Origin: Lama guanicoe
Taxonomy: Eukaryota
Reading direction: 5' to 3'
DNA length: 64,000 nucleotides
Assembly (NCBI GenBank): GCA_013239625.1
Contig: MU053334.1
Span: 310,001-374,000 of the forward strand
The translations under genes were made by a program, and so were the position numbers. The notes beneath the pieces were generated by a model. The model saw only the letters and a list, made by a program, of their open reading frames with translations. It was not told the DNA's origin and did no database searches. How positions within the stretch are numbered: position 1 is the stretch's first letter; every line of letters begins with the position of its first letter. Positions 36,982 through 50,425 of this stretch are shown piece by piece.

Positions 36982-39938
36982 GTGAGTGAGCACCCCTGCA
37001 GGGCCTACACGGCACGGCCGCTGCGCCCAGGAGCACCTGCGCTTCCTGAGGATGGCGTGGCCCAGGCTTGGCCTCTGCTCACCCTGTCCCGCGGGGCACC
37101 TCCTGCTGGCCGAGTGCAGAGACTGGCGAGACAGAGACCTTCTGGAAACACCTGTCCAGGAAGGGCCTGCCCCCCAGGCGTGCCTGCCTGCCTCATGTAG
37201 CATGATGGGCGTGCTCTGTGGTCCCCCCGAAGCTCAGGCGTGCAGTCGTCTTAATGCGCGTGGCCCGTCCACCAGCCCGGCCCGAGTGTCCCCCCAGGTG
37301 GTAGATGAGGCCAGGGGATGAAGGGCAGTTCCGTGGCTGGTTGTCCGAGTCAGATCTTCGTCTGCATGGACACGGGAGGCGGGGCAAGTAGAGGCTGATG
37401 TTGGACAGGGTAGCCTTGTCCTGCCCGAATCCTGTGCTGCTAATGAGAGAATCCAGAGCCAGCACGGAGTTTGCTGCTGAGCACATGAGCACGCGTACAT
37501 TAGATGGGTGCTACATTTTTCCCCAGAAGAGAAGTCTGCCCTGAAAATTAAAGTAAAAGTAAGTGATCGACACACGTAGAGTCAGAGGAGAGGGCGGGTG
37601 GTGGTTGCATGCCTGCCCTCCGAGCCATTCCCCTAACCCCCGGAGCTCCCTGCTCCCTGGGAACGTTGGTGTCTGCACAGGGCAGAGTCAGAGTGAGTGG
37701 GGTGTCTGGGGGCCCTGTGGCAGGAGAAGGGGAGGGACCGGGCAGGAGGAGCTGGGCGTGCGCTCTCCCTGGGGGCCACGCTCGCCGGGCTGCGCTCGGT
37801 CTCTTCGGGTGCAGCTCCTACCTGTGTAGTTGAGAGGTGAGCTGGAGGCCGAGGGGCTTTTCCCAGTTTTTTGAAGGAAAACGGAGGCTCTGGGAGATTG
37901 GGTAACTTTGCACAGGTCCAGGCTTGACCCTGGGGCTGTGATGAAGGGTCCGCGCTGAGGACGTGCCCCTGCAGAGAGCCCAGGGGTGGTGGGAAAGGGG
38001 GGTGGGAGGTGGGGCTCAGGAGGGGCCCCTGGGTCCCCTTGGCACACGCTCCCTGCAGACGTCGTTAGTTCAAGTTTGTGGCAGGTGTTACCCTCACTCC
38101 CACCTTGTCGGGCGCCCTTCCTGCAGCCACGCGCAGGCAGATGCCGAGCCGCCAGCCGGTGGACGTCCACACTGAGCGCAGTGGGGGTGGCAGGGCAGCA
38201 GCGTCCCAGCCGGCCAGGAAGGCTCCCCTCCTTGGACACTGTATGAGTCTGCGCCCGGCTGTTCAGTTTGCTTCTGTTACCTTCACGTCCACGTTGTTGC
38301 CTGGTGCACCGATTGGTGCCTTTCTGGCTGTGGGCCGTGGGAGCCCAGCTTGTGTGGACAAGGTGGCAGGGCATCACGGCCAGCCGGGGGGAGGCCATGC
38401 TCACCAGGAGCTCTGCTGTTGTCCTTGGGCTTGTGTCGCCCCTCTCTGCTCTCTTGGCCACTGTCCTCACGTGTCCATGGCTTCTGTGTCATACATCTCC
38501 TGGCTTTAGAACTGAAGGCCCGAGATTTGGCTTCTTTGGTCTTGAAGTCAGGAATCCTCTGGAAGAGTCAGTTGCCCACCCAGAGCGAGCCCCGCGTGCA
38601 CTTCTGAGAGCAGTGGAGGAGGCTGGGGAATCGCGGGGAGGCGGTGGGGGCTGTGACGTGCGGATCCTTGTGTGGCCAGGGTTGTCACCCCGATGGAGCA
38701 GGAGTGAAGGAGGGAGAGGAGGCTGCCCAGGCTTGGGGTGCTGGGGGCTGTTGCTAGCTATGCCCATGGGTCAGAGCCACGGGTTCTACTCACACTTCCC
38801 TTCCTACAGAGACCCCCGCGGGCGGGTGGGCAGGCGGGGAGAGCGAGGAGCCTCGCTCAGTGCTGGCGAGCCCCGACCGACTTCTGTCGGGGTGTTGCCC
38901 GCTTCGCCCCGCAGACTTCCTGTGCCTGCCTGGTGGGCCAGGCCGTGCCCCAGACCCATGGGAGCTGCGGTGGGCCGGGCTGCCATGCGGGACTTGTAGT
39001 TGTCATGCTGCCTGTTACAGCGCTCTGTCTGTGGGAGAAATCTTTTGGCACATGTTGCCCACTGGGAAGTGGACAGTAAGGCCAGTTAGACCGTTTCCTT
39101 CCCAGAGCTTTCGAGCTTGCACCAGAAAGCTGAGGGTTAGCACCGCGAGGCCCCCTGGTCAGGTCGCTGTGGAGCTGGACCCTCGCCTCTGCCTCTCGCT
39201 GGCTGTGGAAACTCAGGGGAGTCGGGGGTGGAGGTGGGACTGGGGGGAGGTTTGTTTGCATCTTCACTGTCAACGGATGTCATTTGTTTTGTCTTTTTTC
39301 ATATCGGGGAGAGACTTCCTTTACTTAACCAGCGTTTCAGTTACTGGGAGTAAATACCAGTGTCCCGGGGTGACAGCAGGGCTCCCTGGGCCACGTGCCG
39401 GGTCCCGTGTGCTGAGGCTGGCGGCATGCCAGCCCCCGGGAAGGGATGGGTCTGCTCTGGGCCCGAGGTGCTTCTGAATCAGGCAGAGGCACGGCTTGGG
39501 CCACTTTTCAGAATGGGCTTTTCAGTTGCTGTTTTGCAACAATCTCACTTTTGGGTTGTAAAGATTCAAATGAATCTGAACATAACGTGTCCCTCTGCGG
39601 CCCACACAGGGTGATTTAAACCAGGGGCAGCGCACGCAGAGGCAGGCGATGGAGCGGGTGGGGACGGGCCCGGCGCCGCTGCCCTCTGCTGGCCTTTACG
39701 GGGCTGGCTGGGGTCTGGGCTAAAGTTTTGCTGGATTTCCCAGCTTTCAGGGAGAAGCTGGCAAAAGAAAGCTCCCTGTGTGTGCTGTCCCGGTTTCTAA
39801 AAACATGGAGGGCGGATCGGAGTGGGCTGGAGGGGCCCTGGGTTGCCAGTTCGTTGCTCTTAGTTTGAAGTTTCATTTGGAAAATGAGTTTAAACTGAAA
39901 GGCTGGCTTCAGCGCGTGTCGCCGTGTGTTCCTTGCAG

Positions 39939-40040
39939 GGCGTGGTGACTGCTGCCACCAGTCTCATCACCACCTTAGCACAGAAGAACCCAGAAGAGTT
40001 TAAAACCTCTGTCTCACTGGCCGTCTCCAGGTTAAGCAGA
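39939..40040 (+). CDS. AP2A2: AP2A2 exon 6 ([34 protein letters not shown]), 102 nt
   Basis: ccttgcag|GGCGTG...AGCAGA|gtaagt; manual translation. Confidence 0.96.
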
Positions 40041-40699
40041 GTAAGTCTGTTCATGGGAAACGGAACTCGGGGGGGGGTGTTTGGTCTTAGTTATTTTATG
40101 TAATTAATATATTTACTATTTTGAGTGCAGGATATTTGGCCCAGTTTGTAAATTCAAGAGTGAAAATGTGTTGGTTAGTAACTGATCGGCCTTTCTTTTG
40201 ACCTTTTTGTCAGTTAGAGATGTCCTGTGCATGCAGAACTGTGCACGCAGCTGGGCAGTCCAGCTCCCAGGCGCCTCCCACCCATCCTTGCTGCTGGGGC
40301 CATGTGGCCGCTTCCCCCTGCCCCTCGCCCGGGCACACACCCTGGTGCCGCCCTTGAGTGCTGGCTGGGCCCTCACCACCGTAGTTCCTTGGGATCGACT
40401 TGCTTTGTTCAGCATGGTGAAGTCGTCGGCTTTGCGGCTGGTGCTTGGTGTTTGATACTGTGTGGAATCAGTGTGTGCCCCACTGTGGGCCCCTGCTGTG
40501 AACGCCTGGGTGTCCCCCGGCAGGGGCGTTGCAGGGTCCCGGGGCCGCAGGCCCCCGAGGAGCCGGTGGCCGCGCTGGCTGGGGTGCCCAGCACCGCTCT
40601 CCGTGTTTTGGCCTGGTAGGCCTGGCCTCTGGGTGCTCAGACCTCTCTCCCTGCTCTCTGGGTCCGTGCTGTCCTGTGGCTGCAGAGGCAGGGCAGCGC

Positions 40700-42410
40700 T
40701 GTGTGTTTGTTGGCTTTTTGAATACTTCCTTTTGGGAAGTGCCTGTTAACTCTTTTACCCGTTTTTCTTTGGCATCGTCTCTTTTCTTGTTTTATAGAAG
40801 TTCTTTATGTGTTTTGGATCGGAGCACTTTGTCGGTTAGGGTGAGCCAAACAAGATGGCCAACATTACCCACGTTTGCTGTTCAGAAATGCCAGCGTGGA
40901 TGGTTAGGCCTCCTCTGTGCCCTTCCACCCTGTAACTCGCCATCTCACTCCCTCGTGGTATCTCCGTGATCAGAAATTCCACATTTTAATGTAGTCAGAC
41001 TTCCTGACCCTTCCCTCGATGGCCCGTGGTCCTCACGTTTACGAAGCCCCATCCTCAGGGCTCAGGGTTAGGCTGACTGTCCTCCTGGGACTGGCTTCTC
41101 TGTGGTGATGCTTTTCCTTGAACGAGACCCAGTTGTCCCTGTTCCTCTGCCAGGAAGCCCCTCCTCGCAGACTGGTCAGAACCAGTGGCTGCGCCTCATC
41201 CCTGGATTTCTCTGTTCATCTTCGCACCAGTGACGCGCTGTCTTAGTTACTGGAGCTTAAGGGTGAGCCTGCGTGTCTAGCGGAGCTGCTGCGCTTCCCT
41301 CCCCAAATGCTATTGGGGGCTGCCTTTAATCTGTAGGTCAGTTTGGGGAAAATTAAAATCTTCATAGGATTGAGATTTTGAATCTATGACCGTGGTATTA
41401 CCCTTTACTTAGTCTTTAATTTCTCTCAAAAATGTTGTATAACGTTTTGAGTAAAAGCTTTTAATTTTTGTTAATTTGCCTTTATACGTTTTATTTTAAA
41501 AATGCTATTCTCAGCGATACCTTGAAAATGTTACTATAAAGCTCTGCGCCCTGGTTTGTTGCGGCTGGTTTTTGTGCGTTGCCCTTAAAGTTGGCAGCCT
41601 TCCAAGCCCGCGTCTCGATGGCAGTGATGTGCGTGCAGGTCGCTGTGGCCTCCCTGTGCCCCATCGCGCCGTCGGCCGACAGTGGCAGCTTTTCTGCTTT
41701 CTCAGTCCGTGTTGTTCATGTTTCTGCTTTGTTTCTGCAGTTTGGCCCTCCTGCAGTGCTGAGTCTGAGAGGTGATTGCTGTCTCGTTCCTGGTCTCAGA
41801 GGATGTGTCATGTTCGCGTTAGGTGCGGCGCCTGCTCTCTGTTCTCTTTATCTCATTGAGGAAATTTCCTTCCGTACCTTCGCCACCGTCATCACGAATC
41901 AACTGGTGCAGCCGTTGAATTCGGGGTTTTCTTTGTGGGATGATTTCTACTTACGGATTCTATTTGTTTAGCAAGTGATGGGACTTCATTTTTTCTCCTT
42001 CTTTCATCAGTTTTGCTGGGTTGCATTTTCTTGACGTTTGCTAGTGCATCTTGACGTTCAGGAACGCTGGCAGGCAGTCTCTGTGAGGGGCTTCAAGGCA
42101 AGGCCCCCTTCTCCGCCCGGCGTTGGGGGCCTGCCCTTCTCTCCTGTTCTTGGTCAGTCTCCTCGAGCGTGTGAGGATTTCTTTTGACTTTGCCGATCCT
42201 TTTTTTTTTTTTTACCTTATTCCTTATGCTTTTATCTGTATTGTTTCTCTACTTTATTTTTTCTCTACTTTCTATAGGTTAATTTTGCTAATTTCCTCCT
42301 GAACCCTTGAGATGGATTCTTCAGTGCTTTTATTTTTACATTTGTTTCAAACGTGTGTATTTAAAACTATAAATTTCTAAGCGTGGCTTTAGCTGCATGA
42401 GACGTGTTTT
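40700..42410 (-). mobile_element. Fragmented old L1 ORF2 in intron 6 (approximate)
   Basis: TAATCTGTAGGTCAGTTTGGGGAAAATT, TTGAGGAAATTTCCTTCC and TTTAAAACTATAAATTTC are antisense ORF2 hallmarks. Confidence 0.55.
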
Positions 42411-43191
42411 AGAGGCAGCCTTTGTTGGCTGTCACACGCAGCGGTGTGGCCCGCCCACCCGTCGTCCCGCTGCTCCTGCGCGTCCCACCAGTGCTGTGAA
42501 TAGCTTGGCGCACAGCTCGCTGCAGGAGGGGCCATGTCCCAAGTCAGGGCTGGTAACTTGCAGCTGAGGACGGGGGTCAAGATGAACCTTCCCGGAAGTG
42601 CACAGTTATGACCTCTTGTCACATCTGCGAGCTTTGTAGGGAGGAGCCTGACCTCCCTGATGCAGGATGGGGGAACGGGCCAGGTTGTGTGTTAGTGGAT
42701 ACGTGATGTCTTAGGGATGGTCATGTATTCGGAAGGTTGACGGAGTGTCTGTCCTGCCAAGACTGTGCTGGACAAGGAGGTGGAACTGTGAGTGAAGGAT
42801 ACATGGTCTCTGGCCTGGGTGGGCTCGTGGCAGGGGCCTGCGCTTGGGGCCTGGGGTTGAACAGTACCTCCTCCTTTCTGAGGGGACTAGATGTCTCCCT
42901 TCTGTGTTTAATTCACTTTCCGGCCCACAAAGGAAAGCTGGGGTTCCCAGTCCAGGCTCCCTAGGCCTCTGTACTGAGGGGGGCGGCTCTCATGGGTTGG
43001 GGGTCTGCCAGTTTGTGTCCCGCAAAGCGGGGAGGCCATCACACAGCAGCTGTACCCTTGCCCCTCTGAGACACAGACAAATGTGTCACATGTTCTTAGA
43101 CGCTGGTGTGTGGCTTTCTGTTGGTCCCCATCGCGGGGGCCTCATGGCGACACCTGCCCCCGGCGTCTCATCGCCCTGTGCTGCTTTACAG

Positions 43192-43300
43192 ATTGTGACG
43201 TCGGCATCCACGGATCTTCAGGACTACACTTACTATTTCGTCCCGGCCCCCTGGCTGTCAGTCAAGCTCCTGCGGTTGCTGCAGTGCTACCCACCCCCAG
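43192..43300 (+). CDS. AP2A2: AP2A2 exon 7 ([36 protein letters not shown]), 109 nt
   Basis: tttacag|ATTGTG...CCCCCAG|gtaaca. Confidence 0.97.
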
Positions 43301-43873
43301 GTAACAGCCGAGTCGCGGAGGTCTCCCCGGGAGGGGTACGCTCTGGTGTTTCAGGGCAAGGTTCAAGGTTTTTACTGGCACCGGTTCTTGTCCTGTGGAT
43401 CGCTCTGTGATGATGCCATGCCCCTGGGCTCTCCCAGAGCGGCTGGTGGAGAACTCACAGTTCTGTTGCGATTTGGAATCATCTCTGCTTTTACATGCAC
43501 ATGGTGTCAGGTCTGTGCAGGTTTTTGAAAGTCTTTTAAAATAAGTCTTGAAACCTGTTAAAACCTTTATGTCCTAAGTTGTTCATAACCCATGTAGCCT
43601 TAGTGTACACATCAAGGCTACTGTTTTGTTCACGTCTTGTTCTAAAATGTTAGGTTTGACCAGAATGGTGAGTGTCTACAGCTAGGATTTCTGGTTGAAG
43701 AATGCACGTGAGAATTGCTGTTAGGTACTTCCAGCTTGCCCTCTACTGCGATTGCATTGTTGTTGTAACCTTTACGTTTTAATCTCAGTTTGTTTTTGTA
43801 CAGGATATTTCCCTGTTAAATTCAAGTAACTTCTTGTACTGAACCTCTTTTCTGCTGAAGCATGGGCTGTGCG

Positions 43874-43891
43874 NNNNNNNNNNNNNNNNNN
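43874..43891. other. Assembly gap (18 N)
   Basis: Run of n. Confidence 1.
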
Positions 43892-44360
43892 CTTCCTGAG
43901 CAGCCGGGGTTGGGTGGACACCTTAGATGCGTTGCATCTGTTGTTTCTGGAGTTCTGGTATTTTTATTGCTCTCTCACTCTTTTGGTCTTCTGTTTTCTT
44001 CTGGTTTGACCAGAAATGTAAAATTTCCTTATCTTTTTATTGCTTTTTACCCTGTTTTCTCCGTTTCTGTTGGTAATAGCAGGTAGAGGAAAAACCTTTT
44101 GCTCCCTCTTCCCTCAGACTTCCATATCGCCTGTTCTGTCCGTGTATCTGAGATTCTTTCTTGACTTGTAGAAGCTGTATTTCAGAAAAGTTCTGTGTAT
44201 GTTACTTTTGTTGAAATGTACGCGTAGCTATCAGTTCCTCTGATTTCAAGCAGTACAGGACTTGACTGGGGTCACTTAACTGCCGGCGTCGGCGGTGCAG
44301 TGCGGCCGGGAGGAGGGCAGGCTGAGGGGGACCTGGCCGACAGCTGTCTGTCTTGCCCAG

Positions 44361-44511
44361 AAGACCCTGCAGTGCGAGGCCGCCTTACCGAGTGCCTGGA
44401 GACCATTCTGAACAAGGCCCAGGAGCCGCCCAAGTCCAAGAAGGTGCAGCACTCCAACGCCAAGAACGCCGTGCTCTTCGAGGCTATCAGCCTCATCATC
44501 CACCATGACAG
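44361..44511 (+). CDS. AP2A2: AP2A2 exon 8 ((E)DPAVRGRL...IIHHD(S)), 151 nt, or 148 nt from the alternative acceptor at 44364
   Basis: gcccag|AAG|ACCCT...GACAG|gtgggt; NAGNAG acceptor. Confidence 0.96.
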
Positions 44512-45497
44512 GTGGGTGGTCGTCGCCGAGCTCCTTCCGTGGCCCTTCCCCGGGCAGGTGTGAGGCCGAGGTCTCAGGACGCGTGGGCTTCCTTCCCTCC
44601 CACATGTACTCTGACCTTGGCTGCTCCACCTGTGTGCTCTGCCCGCTGTGGCCTCAACTCCCCCAGAGGGCCCTCCTGTTTCTCCTGCGCATCCCGCCCC
44701 GCTTCTCCTGGAGCCACCCAGGAAGGATGGTTGTGCGTGTCCTGCGGGCCTGGCGGTGCAGGACGCCCTCGGCATTGGCCCGAGGTCCTGGTGGGGAAGT
44801 GTGTCGGGGCGGTACAGGGAGGTGGGGGTGTCTTCCCCGCCCAGCTCTGGGCTCCCCTCCGCACTCCTGTCAAACAGTTTCCTGGGAGTTAGGCCCTGAC
44901 AGCTGCTGGGAACTATTACCCGGACTTTGTGTTAGAGGCACCTTCTTGTCTTTACTGACTTGTGTTCAAAGAGCAGCTGCATCGCGAGGACGGAGGAAGA
45001 GCAGGGAGAGGTTTAGCCCACGTTTCATGGTGGCTGGTGCTTAAATACGTGGTCACCTCCTTTATGTCCACGTCCACACGTCTGTCCTCAAGTGTCTTCT
45101 CGTCAGGGCGTTGGTTCGGCCTCTGACCCAGCGGGCCCTCTGGCTGAGGTCCTGCTCCAGCCGCGACTTGACGAAGCTTGGTGTGGAGGCTCAGGGTCTG
45201 GGTGTGAGGAGACAGCTCTGCTGTCAGCCCTTTTGAGGCTGTGGGTTCCGTGGGGAAGCTCCAGTGGGCGCGAGGTGTCGACTGTCGTGTGGAAGCGACC
45301 AGAGGGACCGTAAGACTGATGTTGGGGTCTGAGTGTTAGACCTCGCGCCCCCGAAGGCCCTGCGCTTGCCGCTCAGCAGCGTGGTGACCGTGAACTTGGC
45401 ATGACACTGCCACTTGCCGCGTTGACTCGCTCGCAGCACTGTCTGTGTGGCGCCGGCCAGGAAGCCCCCGCCCACCCCACCTCTCCTGTGCGTGCAG

Positions 45498-45666
45498 TGA
45501 GCCGAACCTGCTCGTCCGCGCGTGTAACCAGCTAGGCCAGTTCCTGCAGCACCGGGAGACCAACCTACGCTACCTGGCCCTGGAGAGCATGTGCACGCTG
45601 GCCAGCTCCGAGTTCTCCCACGAGGCAGTCAAGACACACATCGAGACCGTCATCAATGCCCTGAAG
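45498..45666 (+). CDS. AP2A2: AP2A2 exon 9 (EPNLLVRAC...VINALK), 169 nt; GC donor
   Basis: cgtgcag|TGAGCC...CTGAAG|gcaagt. Confidence 0.95.
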
Positions 45667-46876
45667 GCAAGTGCACTGTTCTGGGGTCCTCCTCACCTCA
45701 GGGGCACCGCCATAGTGGGTGCTGGCGCCCAGTCACCTTTGTCGCTCGTGGTGGGTGCAGCAGCTGGGCGGGAGCGACACGTGAGATCTCGTGGTCACTT
45801 GAGGCTGCACAGCTCAGGCCCTGAGTGGGTCTGGCCTACTGCTCCAGGTCCCCCACTCTCCTGCCACGTCGGCCGCGCCGTGTCCAGGCACTTCCGCGTT
45901 CTCTGCCTGTGAGATGGCATCACAACACGGGGCGGCTGTGCTGCCTCACACGAGCAGAATCACAATAAAAATGTGAATCAGTAGAAGCTGTTCTTTTTGG
46001 TTAGAAGGATGAAATGTTTTGTTCTTGTCTCCAAAAAGACTCACTCTTTGCAAAAGAATATTCATTTTTTTCAAGGAATTAAAATTCCAGAGTTGGAAGA
46101 GCCACGTTGAGGCCGTCTCTCTTAGGAGCCGTCGTTCCTCACGGTCAGACGCAGGCGTCCACTCTGTTCCTGCTTGTTGGGGAACTGAAGGCAGGCAGGG
46201 AGGCTGTGAAACCCGCTGCCCTGGTCCTGGGCTTAGAGATGAGAACAGGTCTGCCCTGTTCCTTGTGTCTGCGTGTATCGAACAGACGTTTTTTGCTGTG
46301 TGTTTTGGACAGGAGGCTGTATGAGGGTTTGGAATTTGGCTTTCTGGCATTTCCAGGTCCTTGTGGCCTGGTTTTGGCATCTGTTCCAGTCGCTGCCCGG
46401 GTCAGAAAGACTTGCCCCTTCTGTACAGGTGGCTTGGCCTTCAGCGGCGCCCCTGTGCTGTCCTCTGTGGGGAGCAGCTGTGGTCTTGTTTTGACCCAGA
46501 AGCTGATGAGCAGGCCTGGGGTGGGGCTGAGAGCCCGCACTGTGACAGGCTCCCAGGCGACGTGGAAGATGCCGGTCTGTGACCACGCAGTGGAGAGACC
46601 TCTGACCCACCCCAGGGTCAGCGCGTGATCCTGGCCAGTCCAGAGCTGTCCAGGCCGAGTGCAGGAGTTGGGGGCAGTGAGTTGGCACGTGAGGGGCTCT
46701 GTGGGGCCCCCTGGATCCAGATGGTGAGTAGGAGGGCTCAGTGTGAGTGTGGGGACCGAGGGGGCGCCTGGCCAGCTGAGTCAGAAGCATAGGAGAGCCT
46801 GGCATGCGGGGCTCTCGGTGGACAGCCTCCGCCCCTGGCCCAGGCTGTGCTCATGCAGCTGCTTCTGTGCCCCCAG

Positions 46877-47014
46877 ACGGAGCGGGACGTGAGTGTGCGG
46901 CAGCGGGCTGTGGACCTCCTCTACGCCATGTGTGACCGCAGCAACGCCCAGCAGATCGTGGCCGAGATGCTGAGCTACTTGGAGACGGCTGACTACTCTA
47001 TTCGAGAAGAGATT
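46877..47014 (+). CDS. AP2A2: AP2A2 exon 10 ([10 protein letters not shown]...IREEI), 138 nt
   Basis: ccccag|ACGGAG...GAGATT|gtgagt. Confidence 0.97.
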
Positions 47015-49198
47015 GTGAGTTCGCGTCACGGGCCGTGGATGCTTGTGAATGTCAGCTCCCGTGTGTCCCTGGTTGGTGGTGGTTCCGTGGACTCTGCTGA
47101 GAGTCTGCTTGGTGCTGGAGGAGACAGTCCTTTGCCTTGGCCTACTTGTCTGCATTTTGAGGGGAGTCTTCCGGTCTTTCAGGATGACTTTGAGCAGGCC
47201 CTGCGGTCAGCCCGTCTGGCCGTGTCCACCTGTCAGTAAGCTCTGGCAGCTCAGGGTCCAGGGGAGTCTCCAGGCGCCTGTGGCTGGGCGAGTGGGAATT
47301 CAGGTGCCTTGGGCAGGTCTTTGTACTTGTTTGCTTGGCGCGTTTTTGTGTTACCCCGACACACCTGGAGGGGAGGGGCCTGGCCTCCAGCGGCACTTGG
47401 CCCCTGCAGAGTGGCGCAAGCTCCTGGCAGGCCCACGCTCTGTGGCGCTGACCGTGTGCGAGACCGCTGGGGGTGCAGACCCGGGGCACGGGTCCCTGGA
47501 AGCTGCATCAGCAGGAAGAGCAGGCCTGGTGGTTACTCCAGGGCATGTCGGGCTCGGAGTGAACCTGTGTGCCAAGGCCCTGCAGCCTCTCCGTCCTTTG
47601 AAGAGTTTTTTGTCCTTCTCGGGGGCAGAGCACAGTGGAGGCCTCCTTGGAACCTTTGTAGAGTGAGTGTCCAGTATCAGAGCTGTGAGTGACTTGCAAG
47701 GCTGCTTGTGGGCCAGCATTTGGTTTGAAAACGACAGCCCTGTGGCTGAACGTGGTCAGATGCTCAGGGTTATAGAGGGTCAGTCACTGAATAGTGTGGC
47801 CACTGTGGCCAGACCGGGGGCTGGGTGCTGCCCTTTAGTGGGGGTGTGGGCTGCCCGGCGTGGTCAGCTTGGCTTCTCAGAGGTTGCAGCCTTTAAGCCG
47901 AGCCATGGGGCAGCTGGGCCAGAGGGCGTCCGTGTGGGGTAGGGCTGGGCAGTGGGGCCGGCTCTGGGCGCTGTGGTCCTGGGACTTCACTTCTCATCTC
48001 TGTGTGGTGCCTTGAGCAGAGACAGGCACGTTCTTCAGTGGAACTGTGTTGGCTTTTAAGGTCCTGAGTGTTGGTCAGCCCCGCATCAGCGGCTCTCACT
48101 CCCTTTCACGTGGTGAGTGAGGATCCTCCATCAGTTTCACTCACACGAGGAAGAAAACCAACACTCCTCTCAGTCCCTGGGTACTTGCTCTGTCCGTCCA
48201 TCTGTCCAGCCAGGCACGTGCTAGCTGCTGGGCAGCCACACTGGATGTGCTGCACTTCCCGCCCATGAGGAGCCTTTCTGTGCCCACCAGGCCTACCTGT
48301 GATAGGTAGGGATGGGTGGAGGCAGGGCCTGGGGTCCCAGGGCTCCCGGGGGCATCTGTGCCACCGGACAAAGGGGGCAGTACTGCAGGAGGCGGTGGCG
48401 GTCTTGCCAGGAGAGTCCAGGGCACGGAGGCCCCTGGGGGCAGGTGGTTCAGCACAGAGGAGTGGGGCGTGTGGGGCAGGGGCGGAGGCAGCCGACCGCG
48501 GGCCTCTGTGGTGTGGGGGAGCCCTGAGTGTGTGACTTCGAGGCGAGCTCTGGGCTTGAAGGGCTTTAAGCTGAGAGCAGTGGCAAGGCAGATACTTTGG
48601 AATGATGCTCTGGGACCACAATGGAGAGTCGATTTGGAGGCCAAAGGGTGGGTAGGGCGGATGGACGGCGGGATGGCCCCAGCTCGGGCTCGGGCGCGGC
48701 CAGGAGGTGAGGTGGCGGGTGGGGGTGGGGGACGCGGTCTGGCTTTGGTGCGGTGCAGCTCAGAGCACCTCAGAGCGAGAAGAGGCTGCTCTCCGGGGAG
48801 GCTTGGGGCTGCTTCCGACAGCCCAGAGCAGGCACCCTGGGCAGTGGGTGGGCTCTCCTGGGAAGAGAAGGAAGGCTGGTGGGAGCAGGAGACCCAGCGA
48901 GCACGGCCGCTCTGCCAGCAGGCTGCCTTGGCCGTAGTGGGGGCTCAGCGTACTGCCTGCAGTCGTGGCCAGCCCCCTGTGTCTTCCTCCACCCTGTCTT
49001 GTGTCTGTTCCTGGAGGATGGTTTGGCTTTCCTCAGTTTAGCCTGTGGACCCTAAACTTTCTGGGCTCTCTGAGACCCTGGGGGGCGGCTCTGGCACGCA
49101 TGTTTACATCCTTCTGAAGCCCTGTGTGGACGCTGGCGGCGCTGGGCCTGGCGTTGCGGGGCTTCTGGGCACCTGCCCTGAGCGGCCGTCCTCTGCAG

Positions 49199-49381
49199 GT
49201 GCTGAAGGTCGCCATCCTGGCAGAGAAGTACGCTGTGGACTACACGTGGTACGTGGACACCATCCTGAACCTGATCCGCATTGCCGGCGACTATGTGAGC
49301 GAGGAGGTGTGGTACCGCGTCATCCAGATTGTCATCAACCGGGACGACGTGCAGGGCTACGCTGCCAAGACGGTGTTTGAG
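49199..49381 (+). CDS. AP2A2: AP2A2 exon 11 ([10 protein letters not shown]...AKTVFE), 183 nt
   Basis: ctctgcag|GTGCTG...TTTGAG|gtgcgt. Confidence 0.97.
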
Positions 49382-49906
49382 GTGCGTGGAGGGCCGGCCT
49401 CCCTCCCGTCTCCTGCCAGCCTTCTTGGAGGTCCTGGCTCCGTATCCCTCCTGCCTCTGCTTGTGTCTCGGTTCCCTCGCACCTTCATTTCCACACCACT
49501 GACCACGTGAGCGAGCTGCCTAGGGCCGGGGCCTTTGTGCGCCTGAGAGCGTGGCCCTGGTGGGCTGGTGGTCTTGGTTGGCGAGGGAAGTGTGCCTCTG
49601 GAAGGTGCTGATGTGCACCTGCCCCCGGCCTGGGGCCTGAACGTCAATTTTCAGGAGCAGCTGTCGTTCCAGGCATGGGGTCAGCCAAGGCCTCCCTCTG
49701 GGGCTCCCCTGCTACTGAGGCCTCTACTGAAGTGGCCTGGAGGGAGGATGGGCAGGAACTGCAGTCCAGAGAGGCTTGGGAAGGCCTGGGGCCTGTGCCT
49801 GTGCTCCTGGCCCGGCCACTCGGCCTGCTGCTCTCTGGAGGTGGAGCGCCTTCACTGCCCTTGTGTGGGCTCTGTGCGCCCAGCTCACTGCGTGTGCTTT
49901 CCCCAG

Positions 49907-50004
49907 GCCCTCCAGGCCCCGGCGTGCCACGAGAACCTGGTCAAGGTGGGCGGCTACATCCTGGGGGAGTTCGGAAACTTGATAGCAGGAGACCCGAGAT
50001 CCAG
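49907..50004 (+). CDS. AP2A2: AP2A2 exon 12 (ALQAPACHE...AGDPRS(S)), 98 nt
   Basis: ttccccag|GCCCTC...TCCAG|gtaagt. Confidence 0.97.
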
Positions 50005-50425
50005 GTAAGTCACCCAGGGTCCGGGAGCGTCGCATCCTGGCGCTGGGCCTGCCCTCCCGGTTCCCACCTGATGGCCTAGTGAGGCTGGCTGACATCCCGA
50101 GCCCGTGAAGACAGCCCAGAGTGAGACCACGTGTGCTCGGATCGATTGTACGAATGATGAGGGTTCTAGTTGAGAATGAGATGCGGCCGTTCAGAGAGAG
50201 TGCTCCCCTGGGGATTGGAGGTGCCTGGTGCCAGACAGCCTTCTCCCTCACAGGAGTGGTTCTGGTTTAGTGTGAGGCTGGCTCCCCCCATCAGCCCTTG
50301 CTTGCTCTCCCCGTCCTGCTGAGGTGCTGGGGGCCAGCTCAGGCCAGGCGGAAGCTGGGCGTGGGGCTGCTTGGAGATGGGAGGTGACGCTGTGCCCCGC
50401 CCATCCACCCCCCCCCCGCACTCAG

